A stretch of 64,000 bases of DNA from Eledone cirrhosa (taxonomy: Eukaryota): contig OZ024745.1 of assembly GCA_964016885.1 (NCBI GenBank), forward strand, positions 128,092,001 through 128,156,000, read 5' to 3'. A model generated the notes under the pieces. It saw only the letters and a list, made by a program, of their open reading frames with translations. It was not told the DNA's origin and did not search any database. Numbering within the stretch: position 1 is the stretch's first letter; the number at the start of each line of letters is the position of its first letter. The translations under genes and the position numbers were made by a program. Shown piece after piece: positions 1 to 12,916 of this stretch.

Positions 1-28
1 GAAATAATTTATACCTGCTTAGGTGTAT

Positions 29-1262
29 ATTGTTTCTATGGGATTTGAACTCAGACCGTAAAGGGACGTAACTATTCTAGAAAGCATGGCGTCCGATCCT
101 CTACCGAGACTGCCAATCCCCCTTGGTTGTATAAATAATTGTTTCTACTATTGGCACAAGGCCAGCAATTACCCAGTACATTACTGGTACTTTATTTTAT
201 CGACCCCGTAAGGATGAAAGGCAAAGTTAACCTCGGCGGGATTTGAACTAAGAATGGCAAGGGCCGTAACTCTATGCGTCAAAGCACGGCGCCCGACCCT
301 CTACCGATACTGCCAATTCACCGTATAAATAATGGATATAAAACATGCATATCTTAAAATTACAGATTTTAGCACTAAGTAATATATAAGTAATAACTTT
401 GATAGGTGTTGGCTAATATTGGCCAAGACAATGCCTAACTTAATAGCACCACCTGGCGAAGTCTTTCAAATCAAGATTCGGACCTCATGGATTACTCAAG
501 CAGAGAGTTAGTGTTTACGGAGACATATCCGGGTGTAGGAGGTTTATCAGGGTTTTCTTCGAGGAAATTGTTAAAAGAAGGTTTTATTTTATGCATGTCG
601 CAACTGTAATGTTATCTAATATACAAACTTATCATCTACAGGTTTTAGCAATATCAGTAATATGTGTGTAAACAACATGATGTTACAAAAACATGTTGTA
701 TGTCACAACTGTATTTTTATCTAATCTACAAGCTTATCTTTTGCAGTTTGGGTAATATCAGTAATATGTATGCATGTATGTAAAATGTATATATATTCTC
801 TAATAATAATTTCTACTTTAGGCACAAGGCCAGCAATTATCACAGTGCATTACTGGTACTTTATTTTATCGACCCCGTAAGGATGAAAGCCAAAGTTAAC
901 CTCGGCGGGATTTGAACTCAGATCATAAAGGTCCATAACTCTATGCTGCAAACCATAGCGTCCGACCCTCTACCGATACCACCATTCCACCGCCCTCAAA
1001 TAATTGTTTCTACTTTAGGCACAAGGCCAGCAATTACCCAGTGCGTGACTGGTACTTTATTTTATCGACCCCGTAAGGATGAAAGGCAAAGTCAACCTCG
1101 GCGTGATTTGAACTCAGATCGTAAAGGGATGTAACTATGCTGGAAAGCATGGCGTCCGACCCTCTACCGATACTGCCAATCCACCGCCCTCAAATAATTG
1201 TTTCTACTTTAGGCACAAGGCCAGCAATTACCCAGTGCATTACTGGTACTTTATTTTATCGC
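29..1262 (-). mobile_element. Cluster of five copies/fragments of the same SINE (about 29-121, 133-323, 805-995, 999-1190, 1193-1262)
   Basis: Recurring aattgtttctact..ggcacaaggccagcaatt..actggtactttattttatcgaccccgtaaggatgaaaggc..gatttgaactcag..gccaatccaccgcc. Head-to-tail from 805 to 1262. Confidence 0.9.
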
Positions 1263-1466
1263 CCTCAAATAATAGTAGTAAGATACATATCTTAAAATAA
1301 CAATAACTTCTACTTGGTTATATCATACGAAAATGGATTAAAGTAGTAATGTGTATTACTGTAGAATGTAGTGACCTCTAGCGGATACAAATCCAAAATC
1401 GTAGAGTAAGTTGATCAGTACTTTATCCAATAAGACATTCACCTTCCAGGGATATTTCAAGATGCA

Positions 1467-2085
1467 TTATGCAATATAATCATCCCCATCTCTCTCTGTG
1501 GAGTATAGGCCATTAACGACCCTCCACCATCGTACAGGATCCTGGGCTGCTCTCTCCACTCCACTCCAGTTGGCTTCCAGTTTTCTTAATTCAGCCTCCG
1601 TGTCACGCCTCCAGCTGCCGTGGGCCCAGCCTCTCTTTCTCTTACCCTGTGGCTTCCAAGTCAGAGCTTTGCTTGTGTAGTTGGATTCTGGCTTCCTGAA
1701 GGTATGTCCAATCCAGCTCAAATTCCTCCGCAGAAACTGCATTGCGACTGGTTCCTGTCCCGCTCTCTTCCATAGATCCTAGTTTCTGATCTTCTCCGGT
1801 CAGATGCTCCTCAGACGTGTTGAAGAATGTCTGGATCTTCTGCTGCATCTTCTTTGTTGTCCTCCAAGTTTTACATCTGTAAAGTAGTACCGCCTTCATG
1901 ATGGAGATGCCCAGACGTTCTTTAGCATGATGAAATCTGTCCCTGCTTTGCAAATCCTGGTTGCGTCGTCTCAGTCGATTTCACCAGGTCGATCAACCAC
2001 ATTTCCCAGGTAGACAAATGACCCCGCCTCTCAGATTGGCTTTCCACAGACAGTAGCTGGTGATTCGGAGTAATGATCCACCCCA
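1467..2085 (-). pseudogene. RTE-clade LINE 3' fragment (frameshifted)
   Basis: KAVLLYRCKTWRTTKKMQQKIQTF, WIGHTFRK, ALTWKPQGKRKRG and AQDPVRW are typical RTE C-terminal motifs, spread over three frames. Confidence 0.85.
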
Positions 2086-2784
2086 CGTTAATTACCTTCC
2101 TCTTCATTACTGTCTCACAACAAGGTACAATATGCGATACACTCGTTCCAACTAATTTTCTGGCAGATTTTAAACTCTGTGTGTACTTTTAAAATTAATT
2201 AAATCTACTTTCATACACATATACTTAAATTTAGTTACTATGGTACTTAATTTCAAGATATACCTGTTTTGTTAAGTCTCGTAAAATAAAATATAGACAT
2301 TATGCAAACTGCATACATAACCAGATTCTAGTTTCCGGTTGCCGCTCCTTCAATTCTAAATGCTTGCTTCACTATTATAAAGACGTGATAATCTCACCTT
2401 CCTATTTTCTCCGGGCAATAGAAACAATGTTAGTTAGTGAAAGTTTCTATTATATGCTGCGACACATTAATTATCTATAATTTTATTAATTTGTTGCCAC
2501 AATTATACTAACTATTTAGATCAAATTTAATTCCTCAATACCAAATTTTGCTGGAAATATTTTTTCAGTTAGAAATGTCTTATAAATCACCCTATTATTA
2601 CTACCATTACCCTTACAAGAGAAAACCATATTGAAAAATGAATTTCTATAATATCTGTGTAAAAGATATACATGTTAGGCATGTTGGCTGCAATATCAAT
2701 TAATAAATATATTCTTAATCAAGGTTGAACTGAACTAATGAAATCCAATTTAATTCCCACTTTCCTAAATCATATATTCGATGC

Positions 2785-2785
<1 letters not shown>

Positions 2786-2823
<38 letters not shown>

Positions 2824-2922
2824 AGAAGAAGAAGAAGAAGAAGAAGAAGAAGAAGAAGAAGAAGAAGAAGAAGAAGAAGAAGAAGAAGAAGAAGAAGAAG
2901 AAGAAGAAGAAGAAGAAGAAGA
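2786..2922. repeat. Compound (GATA)n-(AAG)n microsatellite
   Basis: Direct reading. Confidence 0.98.
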
Positions 2923-4746
2923 ATGACAACAAACCTTAATCGTCCCGCCAAACCAATGTTCAAATCACTCCATATAGACCCTGTCATTGAGAGCGCTTCA
3001 ATTACTGCAACCAATACGTCAGATGACTAAAGTAAAAAGGATAGCTCAATTTATCTCTATGAAAGTTACCTTGCGTTCTTGAGCAAAACATTTCCCATCA
3101 CAATTCTTGATATGACTATGGCTCTTATAATTAAAACACTAGAGAAATCTCATATGAGATTCAACCAGAAGATCTACTAAACCTATATAAGTATGAACAA
3201 TTTTTCTTTATATATTAGCTCAGTATATGAATGTTAATTTTTCAATATTAGCCATAATATGAAACAAAGGTCTGAAAGAAATTATATTGCTTGTATTGTT
3301 AAGTAACCATGTATATCAGTACACATATATCGCATTTTGTTTTTCGCATAACCAGTATTTTATATCGCTTTTGCTTTTCTTGGTACTGTTGTAATAGTTT
3401 TGACATGGTTGCTAATAAGTTCAGCATATATCCAGATATCTTCGTAAAAATAAAACGTTTCAAAAAGCAAAATAAAATTAAATATGAATGAAGCAAAACC
3501 AACACAAAAATATATTTACTTAGTAATCATTCATGATACAATTATATTGAACATCCTAGGTTCAAAAGTTTTGAGATATGAAAGTGGATACAGAAACAAT
3601 CAAAGAATAAAGTATACAAACTGGATTTAGGAAATAACATCTTTATTCTTTTTTCTTATTACGTTGGTATTTTTTACCTAACACGCATCGCCAGACTTCC
3701 AAATAACTAAAGTTATTCCTTAGTCGTATTTGTATCTCATGCTTCAAACAAACTACAACACGTTATTTTTAGTATTATTTTCAATATGTCTCTGTTAAAC
3801 CCCAGATCAACTCTGGCTAAACGATCGCATGATCAAATTTATTTCAAGCATGATTCTTCCAATCCATTGTTCATTTTTCGATGTGTCATTTGTTTTCATA
3901 CGGTAGATCTTATAGTGAGGGTGATATAGCTAATATTTCTAGCAGGCAGAGTGTCTACAGAGATTTATATATTGACTCAATGATATTGATATGTTAGATT
4001 CAAGTTGGCTATAAGAACAAAAACAATAGAGATCATAGAAACCAACCACCCATATATAGAAAAATAAACAATATAATAAGTAAATCACTTATAAAGGAAA
4101 GACATTGATAAGTCTGTTGGAGAGAAATAAAGTCGCTGTAAAAATATGAAATATATAAAATTAGAAATAGAGACAATAAGACGGTATGGCAAAGATATCT
4201 TACTTGCTATATTAATAGATCAGTGTATAGCAGAAAAAAAGAAAAATTCCAATAGAGTGAGAAAGGAAAAGAATATAATATATGCAAGAAATCATGAATT
4301 CAGAAAAGAAAAAATATTGAAGTTTTTGATAGCGTGCATACCATAAGAATAACCATTTGCAGAGAAAATAGGAAAAGACAGATGAAATAAATAGAATAGC
4401 AAATATTACTCTAGAATCAATAATTCCATTCTGCATATACTATGCACAAACATATACAAGATGCATACACAGGTACACAGAAAGTCAAACATCAGCTTTG
4501 AAAGGGTAAATATATAATTGAAGTTTAGCTTAGCTGCTTTGACAAAATTCCTGACACACGACAGGATTAAAAAGAAACAAATAGAAATGCTGATATCTAA
4601 ATATGATTGCTTCTTACGATGGTACAATGGCTGATATCAGTATTCGCTGCGAGGGTTAGATAATTGAAGCACCGCGAGAATGTAGGGTCAATTTAATCGA
4701 GTCTTATAGTTCAAATTTCATATACCGAGTATTTAAGTCAACTGGG

Positions 4747-4856
<110 letters not shown>

Positions 4857-4931
4857 AACAAAATTAGAATATTTGATTTCTCGTTGTAGCATACCAGTTT
4901 ACGTAAATGTAAGTATGGGTTATATCGAACA

Positions 4932-5080
4932 ATAATAATTGTTTCTATTTTTGGCACAAGGCCAGCAATTATCCCAGTGCATTACTGGTACTTTATTTTA
5001 TCGACCCCCGTAAGGATGAAAGGCAAAGTTTATCTCGGCAGGATTTGAACTCAGACTGTAAAGGGGTGTAACTCTATGCT
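4932..5080 (-). mobile_element. SINE copy lacking its 5' end
   Basis: Same tail, core and B-box as the family consensus. Runs into an (ACAACG)n repeat. Confidence 0.85.
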
Positions 5081-6044
5081 CGACGACAACAACCACGACG
5101 ATAACGACAACGACAACAACGACGATGACAACAATCACGACGACAATGACAACAACAACGACAACAACGATAAATACGATGACAACAACAACAACGACAA
5201 CGACAACGACAACAACGATAAATACGATGACAACAACAACAACGACAACGACAACGACAATGATGACGATAATTCTTTTTTTCTTTTAAGTCAATTTAGT
5301 TTAACTTTCAAACAGAAAAAAAAAATCCAAACGACTTTACATGGCTGTGTTTGTTTTTAACAAGCAAATGTTCATTGTGTTAACAGATCACTTTCCAATG
5401 ATCAAATCAAGTGGCCATCAGCACAACTCAAAAATCAACATGGAAGTGTATTATGGGAAATTTCTTTGCATTCCTCTTTTTATTTTTCATTTTTTTTGTT
5501 TGCTTTCCACCCCAGCCCTCACCGATTTAACATAATTCTTTCTTGCTTGCTTGCTTGATTGCTTGTTATAATTTTTCTTATTGTTGTTGAGGTTGCTGCT
5601 GTTGTTTAAGTTTGTTTCGTTGTTCTCTTGGAAGTCGACAGGTCAATATTTTTATAAGCCAACATGTCGGCAGCCTTACTGACAGACGACCGTGTAGTTT
5701 GACTTGTCTCTATGTTGTTCTTTCATAGATTTGTTTTTTTCTTATTTTCCATGCCAAGCTGTCAAACTCCCTTATTGTGAGCAGGTGTATGGAGCTTACT
5801 TTGTAGTAATTTATTTTATCATACACTTGTATGTAGTTTACTGAAAATATAAGAATATGTGTTTGGTTAAAATAATAATGATTCTAACATAGACACAAGG
5901 CTAAAGTTGTTTGACGTGTAGGTAAAGAATTGATAAAGCCGTAAATGATTTGTATTTATTTTATCGACACCCGTAAGTAGAAAGGCAGACTTGATTTTAG
6001 CGTGACTTGAAAGCGTATCATAAAAATACGTATAACTAATACTG

Positions 6045-6160
6045 ACAATGATGCGGAAGAGATCAGCTGGGAGTATGCCAAATCTCTTACAGAAGACCAC
6101 AGAGGATGGAGATCTTTTGTTGCTGCCATTGTTCCACTTGGATAATGAGGACTTAACCTA
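6045..6160 (+). pseudogene. RTE-clade 3' terminus fragment
   Basis: ISWEYAKSLTEDHRGWRSFVAA resembles the RTE terminal W..A.DR..WR..V.A motif. Confidence 0.5.
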
Positions 6161-6269
6161 AATAATACTAACAATACTGCCGTCCTCTGTCTGTTACACT
6201 TCAAGATGTGTAACTAAATACTATATTAATATAATTCGCTAGCCCAAAATTTATGTTACAATCAACCCT

Positions 6270-6690
6270 CAAGTAGATGTTTTTGTCTTTTTTGTCTCTT
6301 TTTTGTTTTTTGGATTTTTGGGGTTCCTCTTCATTCTCACTTGGAGATGTAGAGGTTCCCGTGTCTGAGACTTCTGAATCAGGTGTAGATGGGAGGGGTA
6401 TGTTGTGTGGTGGAGTGTTTGTGCAGGTGTTTGTGGAAGTATTTGACAGGGAGAAGGCAATGGAGGGTTTTTCAGTGGGATTTTGTGTCTCTGGTCTGTG
6501 GTGGTGTGGGAGTGGATGTTGCAGTTTTTTATGTTGTGTTTGGTTTGGGGTGTTGATGTTGGGGTTTTGGTGTTGGTAATAACACCTTGTTTGTCCTCGG
6601 TTTGTTTAAGAGAGGGCAAAAGGCCTTTAAGTGTGTGGTTTTCCCACATTTATGGCACAGAGGTCTTTTTCCCTCCACTAAAATGGAGAT
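6270..6690 (-). pseudogene. Decayed ORF1 fragment of a related Tx1-like element
   Basis: EGKRPLCHKCGKTTHLKAFCP matches EGKRPHCFLCGETTHLRAFCP of the intact ORF1. A similar Thr/Pro/Lys-rich tract follows. Confidence 0.8.
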
Positions 6691-6814
6691 GACAATAATA
6701 ATAACTAGCGGGCCCTGTGTAAATTTCTTGGTTGTTGAAAATTTAAAGCCCAATAATTACTCTGACATATATTTATGATTTCATCATTGTCACACTATAT
6801 AATTATCATTGTCA

Positions 6815-7245
6815 TAATTAATTGTTTCTACTTTTGGCACAAGGTCAGTAATTATCCGAATGTATTACTGGTGCTTTATTTTATCGGCGCTGTAAGGATG
6901 AAAGTTAAAGTTAACCTCGGCGGGATTAGAACTCAGAACGTAAAGGGACATAACTCTATGCTGCAAAGCATGGTGTCTGACGCTCTACCAATGCTACCAA
7001 CCCACCGCCTTATTATCATAATTAATTGTTTCTATGTTACGCAAAAGTCGAGTAATTTTGGAGGGTGGGCAAAGTCGATTAAATCGACCCCCAGTACATT
7101 ACTGGTGCTTTATTTTATAGACTTCGTAAGGAAGAAAGTCAAAGTAAACCTCGGTGGGATTTGAACTCAGATCATAAAAGGCCGTAACTCTATGCTGCAA
7201 AGCATGGTGTCTGACGCTCTAACAACACTGCCAATCCACCGCCTC
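6815..7245 (-). mobile_element. Two tandem SINE copies (short and long subtype)
   Basis: Family consensus twice. The second copy has the extra gtcgattaaatcgac hairpin segment. Confidence 0.85.
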
Positions 7246-7339
7246 ATTATCATAATTAATACGAGAAGTTTAATACTGTTGTATATAGAATGGATTTTAG
7301 TGTAGCTTTTCCTGTTCGATGTCCATGCTTATCGATATT

Positions 7340-7965
7340 AACTACTCTAACTAAAATATCAGTTTCTGACAAAATGTTACCCACAAAGCGAAGCATTGCA
7401 GAACTATGGTGTTTTACAGTTAGTGGGATTCGCTTTGTAAATGAATTTCTTCATTTGTGATTTGCTTTTCCAGTTGTCGTTGATGATGTTCCACAGGCAA
7501 CGTTGGTGGAAGGTGTCCACCTTCTTGGCCAAATTGGCTGTTATTTTTTCCATGTTTCGCTGTTGGTAACACTGTTACACTGATTTGTTTGACTTTCATT
7601 ACAGTACTAATACTTCATTTGTTCAGATTGATGCACTATTTCGAATATGGCTCCTACATTACCATTACTGCAGCTCACAAAGCATTCAATGCCTCTATCA
7701 CTATTGATCACTCTGCCCAGTTAGAAAAAATCTCTTCGCGTCTTTCACGACCTGCTATCCGCAATTCTACGCATCATCTTGCTATTTGGCATCTACTTCT
7801 GGTCCCGGTCTTTTCCGCTTATTCTTTTAGCTTAGCAGTTAATTATTGCAGCCAAGTCTCCTTGTTTCTGATAGTGAAACGTCATTGGAAAAATCCAGAT
7901 CACAAATTTGTTATTACTTTCCTCCAGCACAGCCCCGCATTACCGGCATTCAAACCCCTTCTGTA
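7340..7965 (-). pseudogene. Decayed RTE-clade RT fragment
   Basis: CDLDFSNDVSL (DLDFADD-like), SETWK and KKVDTFHQRCLWNII..W..ITNEE. Confidence 0.65.
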
Positions 7966-8171
7966 TTACAAAATCAACTGCTTATAGGAATAAGAGGGTA
8001 ACGGAATGCCATCATGGCGAACAGCAATATTGATGTTGAGGAGAAAAAGAGAAAGAAAGAGAGTGAGGGGTTTCCTTTGGTTATAATTAACCATGGCTTT
8101 GCTCAAGGAAAGTCCCTCTCCAAGGTGCGACCTGGACAACGTGTTTTGTGGCTGATTAGCTGGATTAGCTG

Positions 8172-8224
<53 letters not shown>

Positions 8225-10996
8225 GTAATAATATTTTCGAATCAGCGAGCGAGTTTGAAATTATTATAAATGTAAGCTATCGCCGTATTTTGACTAAAGA
8301 AATTAAAGAAATTATTTAGTCTGATAGTGGGGTTAAGAACCCTCGGAGAAGTGGAAAAAGATGAGTATTGACATATATATATATATATATATATATCGAA
8401 AGTCCTAAAATACTGAATATATTACCTAAGTATGCCGCAGTCAATTCTAACTTGAAGTAAATCCGACCCTAAGAAAATTCAGTTAGACCATCTCTTCTAA
8501 AAACAAAACTTAAACTATGTTAAATTAGTTTTCCCAGCAACGACATATGTTAGGACTGAATCATATAAGGGATGCTTTACATGGTTATATAATCTGAAAA
8601 AATGGAAGTTTTCCGTAATTTACTTCCAGCTGGCTACAAAAAGTAAAGAAAACTTGAAAAACGAGTGTAGTATTTATTCTAAACAATGTATATGAAAAAA
8701 AATGGCATGGTCACGGCTGGAAAACTTTTGATCATATGAATACTTGATCAAGTTTGTCATAGCACTAAACAATAACAGTATTATGATTATACAATTGCAT
8801 GGGAAATTGTCCTTTGTTTCCTTAGAAATATACTGAAAGATATCAAGTCCTGTGGATCTATGAGGTTGTGCTCATAATGTTTCTCGGTTGACTATATCAA
8901 CAACTACACCCATAAACAACAAAATTACACGAATCCCCATGCCGTAAGACCCACGTTGAAGCTTATTATTTTTATTATTCTCATAGAGCAATAAAGGCGT
9001 AGATTGATTTTGTCAGCGTGGGAAATCAGTACAATTGCCTTAAAATAGAATGACAATACTATATCTGAAATGAAGCATTCTGTGAGGGAAGCGTCAATGA
9101 ACCATGGTATGTGATAATAAAAGAAACGGAAGCACAATTGGATAAATTAAGTCTCATGATGTTACCACTTGAAACACTAATTGGGAAATACTAGAAACAT
9201 TTTCCCACCAAACACAAAAGACCCAAACCTAACCGAAATATCGATCATTGGGTTGAAAATGAAATGTCTTCCACTATCCACCCTCTTATCCATAATCCTT
9301 ATTGGGGAAGTAGGAAAACCTCTGAAGCGTTTGTCGTTTTATAATACAGGAGGTGTGGTAAATCAGGCAGTTGGAAAATATCCATCTCCAGCCAGTTGAG
9401 CACATTTAGACTCGTGAATACAAAGCCGAGCTGAAGTCATATGTTACTATCAAGTTTCAAAACGGGGTCATAGTAAACAGTTTAGGCTGTACTCTTTATA
9501 CTTCAACTAGGTTTCTTGTTTTTTTTTTTATAAGAGTGAGCCAGCGATTAAGTCACTATGTGTTTTATCATAATGCTGGAAATAGCAACTCCAAACTCAT
9601 TCAAACCGTACATTGTTTTTAATAAAAGGGAGAACATTAGCTAATGTAGTCATAGTTATATTTTCTTGATAAGAAATGCGATGGATTGGCTGGAACAATA
9701 CAAGTTTTCCCCGATCAGGGATGTGGTGGAATTAAATAGGAAATGCAACTAAGTAATGTTCTGGGTTCACTAAAATTATGCGTCTTTCTGAATTAACAAG
9801 TTTAATAATGTTGACATTAGACATAAAAGTCAACTCAAGAATATCCATTATTAAGTCATTAATATTCATACATTATTATTAAACATCAATTTTAAATTAT
9901 GAGTTTTCAGTACAATTACATTAAGCCTATAACCTCTATAAATGTGTGTATATATGTGCTTGATAGTATGTTAGTTTATGTGTGCTTGGTGTTATGTGCG
10001 TGTGTATGTCCTTAAGGTTACATGTGTATATATGTGGTTGCTTGATGTTATATGAGTATATATGTGCTTGATGTTATGTATATGTATACGTGCTTAACGT
10101 TATGTGTGTATATGTGCTTGATGTTATGTGTGTGTATATGTGTTTAAAGGAGAAGTTAGAGAAGGAGAGAGGGGGGAGATGGAGACAGATTCTGAGTGCG
10201 CTTTCCTTAACCTTTTATGTGTGTATGACACAGAATTATATGATAAAGGTGAATCATTCAATAACGATATTTACAGATCTGATGGCAATATGTGTATACT
10301 TTTTCAAGAGACAGTAAAGGATCCTTTATATGGTCGCTCGACCTACTAAAAATATCAACCAAACTACTATCCAATTTCATTTTGAAAGATGAAGGAAGTA
10401 TTATGAAGTCGTAGGTAAAATAAATTCGAAAACATGTGTTTTTTGGCCACGGTTATGACGCCTTTGATCATAAATCTGCTCGATCAAAGTTACACTGGGG
10501 TTAGAGAAAAGCAGTATGCTGTGTCTGTACAGCTAATATCATGATTCATTGATTTGTTGGAGCGGTATAATCAGAATCGATTATAAACACAAAACTAATA
10601 AGTCCTGCCGAAACCAAAGAAATTTATCCCTAGCCGTTTTCTGGGAGATATGGGTTTCAATTCTTTATAGCTGCCGATGGCAACTCCTTTTACCGTTTTT
10701 TTTTATAGCATGAGCAAATCGTCGTTTACTTTAAATTAATCCCTATTTTGATCTGTAGATACTCCGAAAAAAATCTTACTTTGATTTACAGAAAGCACCA
10801 ATAAGAATTTCATTTTGTTTATTTGTACTTAGTGCAATATTTAACAATATTGGGTTTCACGCAATGTTGCTAAAATTAATAACGAATTAAACAAAATTTT
10901 CTGGAATTTTTACGTTATTAATCTCATTCGTTAAATTGAAAAGGAAATAATTAAGATAAAATAAGCAAAGACAAAGTTCGGTCATGGTAATTCACG

Positions 10997-11050
<54 letters not shown>

Positions 11051-11055
<5 letters not shown>

Positions 11056-12020
11056 TTGTTATACTTTGGGAGGGTCATGTTGCCAATAAGAAACCAATAA
11101 GAACACACGCACCACTGTTTTCACTTCAATTTATTATAAATTTCCGGTTGGCTGGTTGGATCTATAACCGGATGGTTGTTCACATATTGTCAAAGTTCTT
11201 TCGTCACACATTCTGTGACCTCTTCAGTGACTGGGGATTCTTTTCTTTATTTTTTTATTGTGTGCCTCTCCTTTGTTCTGTACTACGCCATCTTGTTTTT
11301 GTGTGCGTTGTGTGCTTAGTTTGCGCATGTGTTACATCCGGGTGTCTGTTTGTGTTCTTATTTGTTTGAATATAAGGGCAAATTAGAGAACATAGAAATA
11401 AAAATAAAATCTACACACAGAAAAGACGCAATGTTTAGGCAAATCACAGAGGCAATAAACATAAATGAACTCCAACCAAAATTAAATAGAAAACATGAAT
11501 GGAATAGCAACATCACAACTTACAATTAAGGACAAAATGAAATAGACACAAAAAAATGCTTATATATGTATGTATGCATGTATATATGTATATATATATA
11601 TCACACATAGAACAAACAACCAACTAGTGACATATAAATAAACAAATAAATAAACAAATAAGAACACACACAGACACCCGGATGTAACACATGCGCAAAC
11701 TAAGCACACAACACACACAAAAACAAGATGGCGTAGGACAGAACAAAGGAAAGGCACAAAATAAAAAATAAAGAAAAGAATCCCCAGTCACTGAAGAGGT
11801 CACAGAATGTGAAACTAAAGAACTTTGACAATATGTGAACAACCATCCGGTTATAGAACCAACCAGCCAACCGGAAATTTATAATAAATTGAAGTGAATA
11901 TATTTGGTGCGTGTGTTTCTTATTGGTTTCTTATTGGCAACGTGACCCTCCCAAAGTATAACAATATCAGTTAAAACACACGTTTTCAGATAAGGAATCT
12001 TGCTATACAAATTCAAAAAC

Positions 12021-12022
<2 letters not shown>
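11051..12022 (+). mobile_element. 5'-truncated Penelope-like element with inverted pseudo-LTR, inserted in (TA)n
   Basis: Inverted repeats of about 315 bp (11052-11367 / 11652-11967) flank IKSTHRKDAMFRQITEAININELQPKLN (GIY-YIG C-terminal R..EAI.I....P.LN). The repeat contains a hammerhead core, and the right copy has an extra tail of about 55 nt. Confidence 0.82.
11188..11231 (-). ncRNA. Type I hammerhead ribozyme motif (second, mutated copy at about 11787-11829 on +)
   Basis: GTCA-CTGAAGA-G-GTCACA-gaatg-TGTGAC-GAAA-G-aa-C-T-T-TGAC: stem I GTCA/TGAC, stem II of 6 bp, minimal stem III. Confidence 0.65.
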
Positions 12023-12076
<54 letters not shown>

Positions 12077-12098
12077 TATATATATAGAGAGAGAGAGA

Positions 12099-12162
<64 letters not shown>

Positions 12163-12916
12163 TAAACAAATGTATATGTATATATATCAACTAGAAATAG
12201 ATTGACATATATATATATATAAAATAAACATATGGAACAATCACAGGGAATAATTTGTAAAGTATGTAAGAACATATAGCTAGGTAGGTAACCAATTAAA
12301 GTTTAACTAGAACTTCAAATACCTTTTAAAATGATTTTTGGATATATGTATATATATATGTATGTATGTTTATATGTAATTGTGTGAGTGTGAGTGTGTG
12401 TGTATGTGTGTGTATGTGTGTGTTTGTGCGTGTAGCGAATTGACAGAGTCATTAGAAAGTTGGATTCGTTCTAGCTTGTCTGCGCACTAAGTTCCAATAT
12501 CACCGAGGTAAACTTTGCCTTTCGTCCTTTTGAGGCCGATAGATAAAGTAACTCTCCAGTACTGATCTGAAGTATATTTTTCATTTCTCTCTCCCTAACT
12601 CTCGGCCTCGCTTTTTTCTCTGGAACTAAAATCTGCTGTGTTCACACTCCGAAAGGTGAGGATCCGCAGAGATTAAATACTACAGCGTCCCTACTACTTA
12701 ACATATGAACACGTTTATCTCTTATTCTTACAGACTCTCCATCAATATTATTAATATATTTGAATAAACATATTTATAGACACTTATATACAAAAGTAAA
12801 CGAATTTATATATATACACATGTATATATGTATACATATATGTATATATATATGTATATATACAAATGCAACCGTCTTTCTAGTTTATTATATATATATA
12901 TATATATATACATACT

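Noticed and set aside
805-1262. Regularly recurring conserved repeats that could suggest a CRISPR array
   Set aside because: Units are tRNA-headed SINEs of about 190 bp dispersed in both orientations. No unique spacers or cas genes, and the context is eukaryotic.
3070-3182. In-frame TAG within a longer possible exon, tempting as a UAG-to-UIG (Trp) editing site
   Set aside because: The same TAG is equally explained as a splice acceptor or as non-coding sequence. There is no evidence that the exon is real.
8985-9106. Strong-looking splice acceptor and donor pair on the plus strand
   Set aside because: Stops in all three frames. Cannot be supported as a coding exon.
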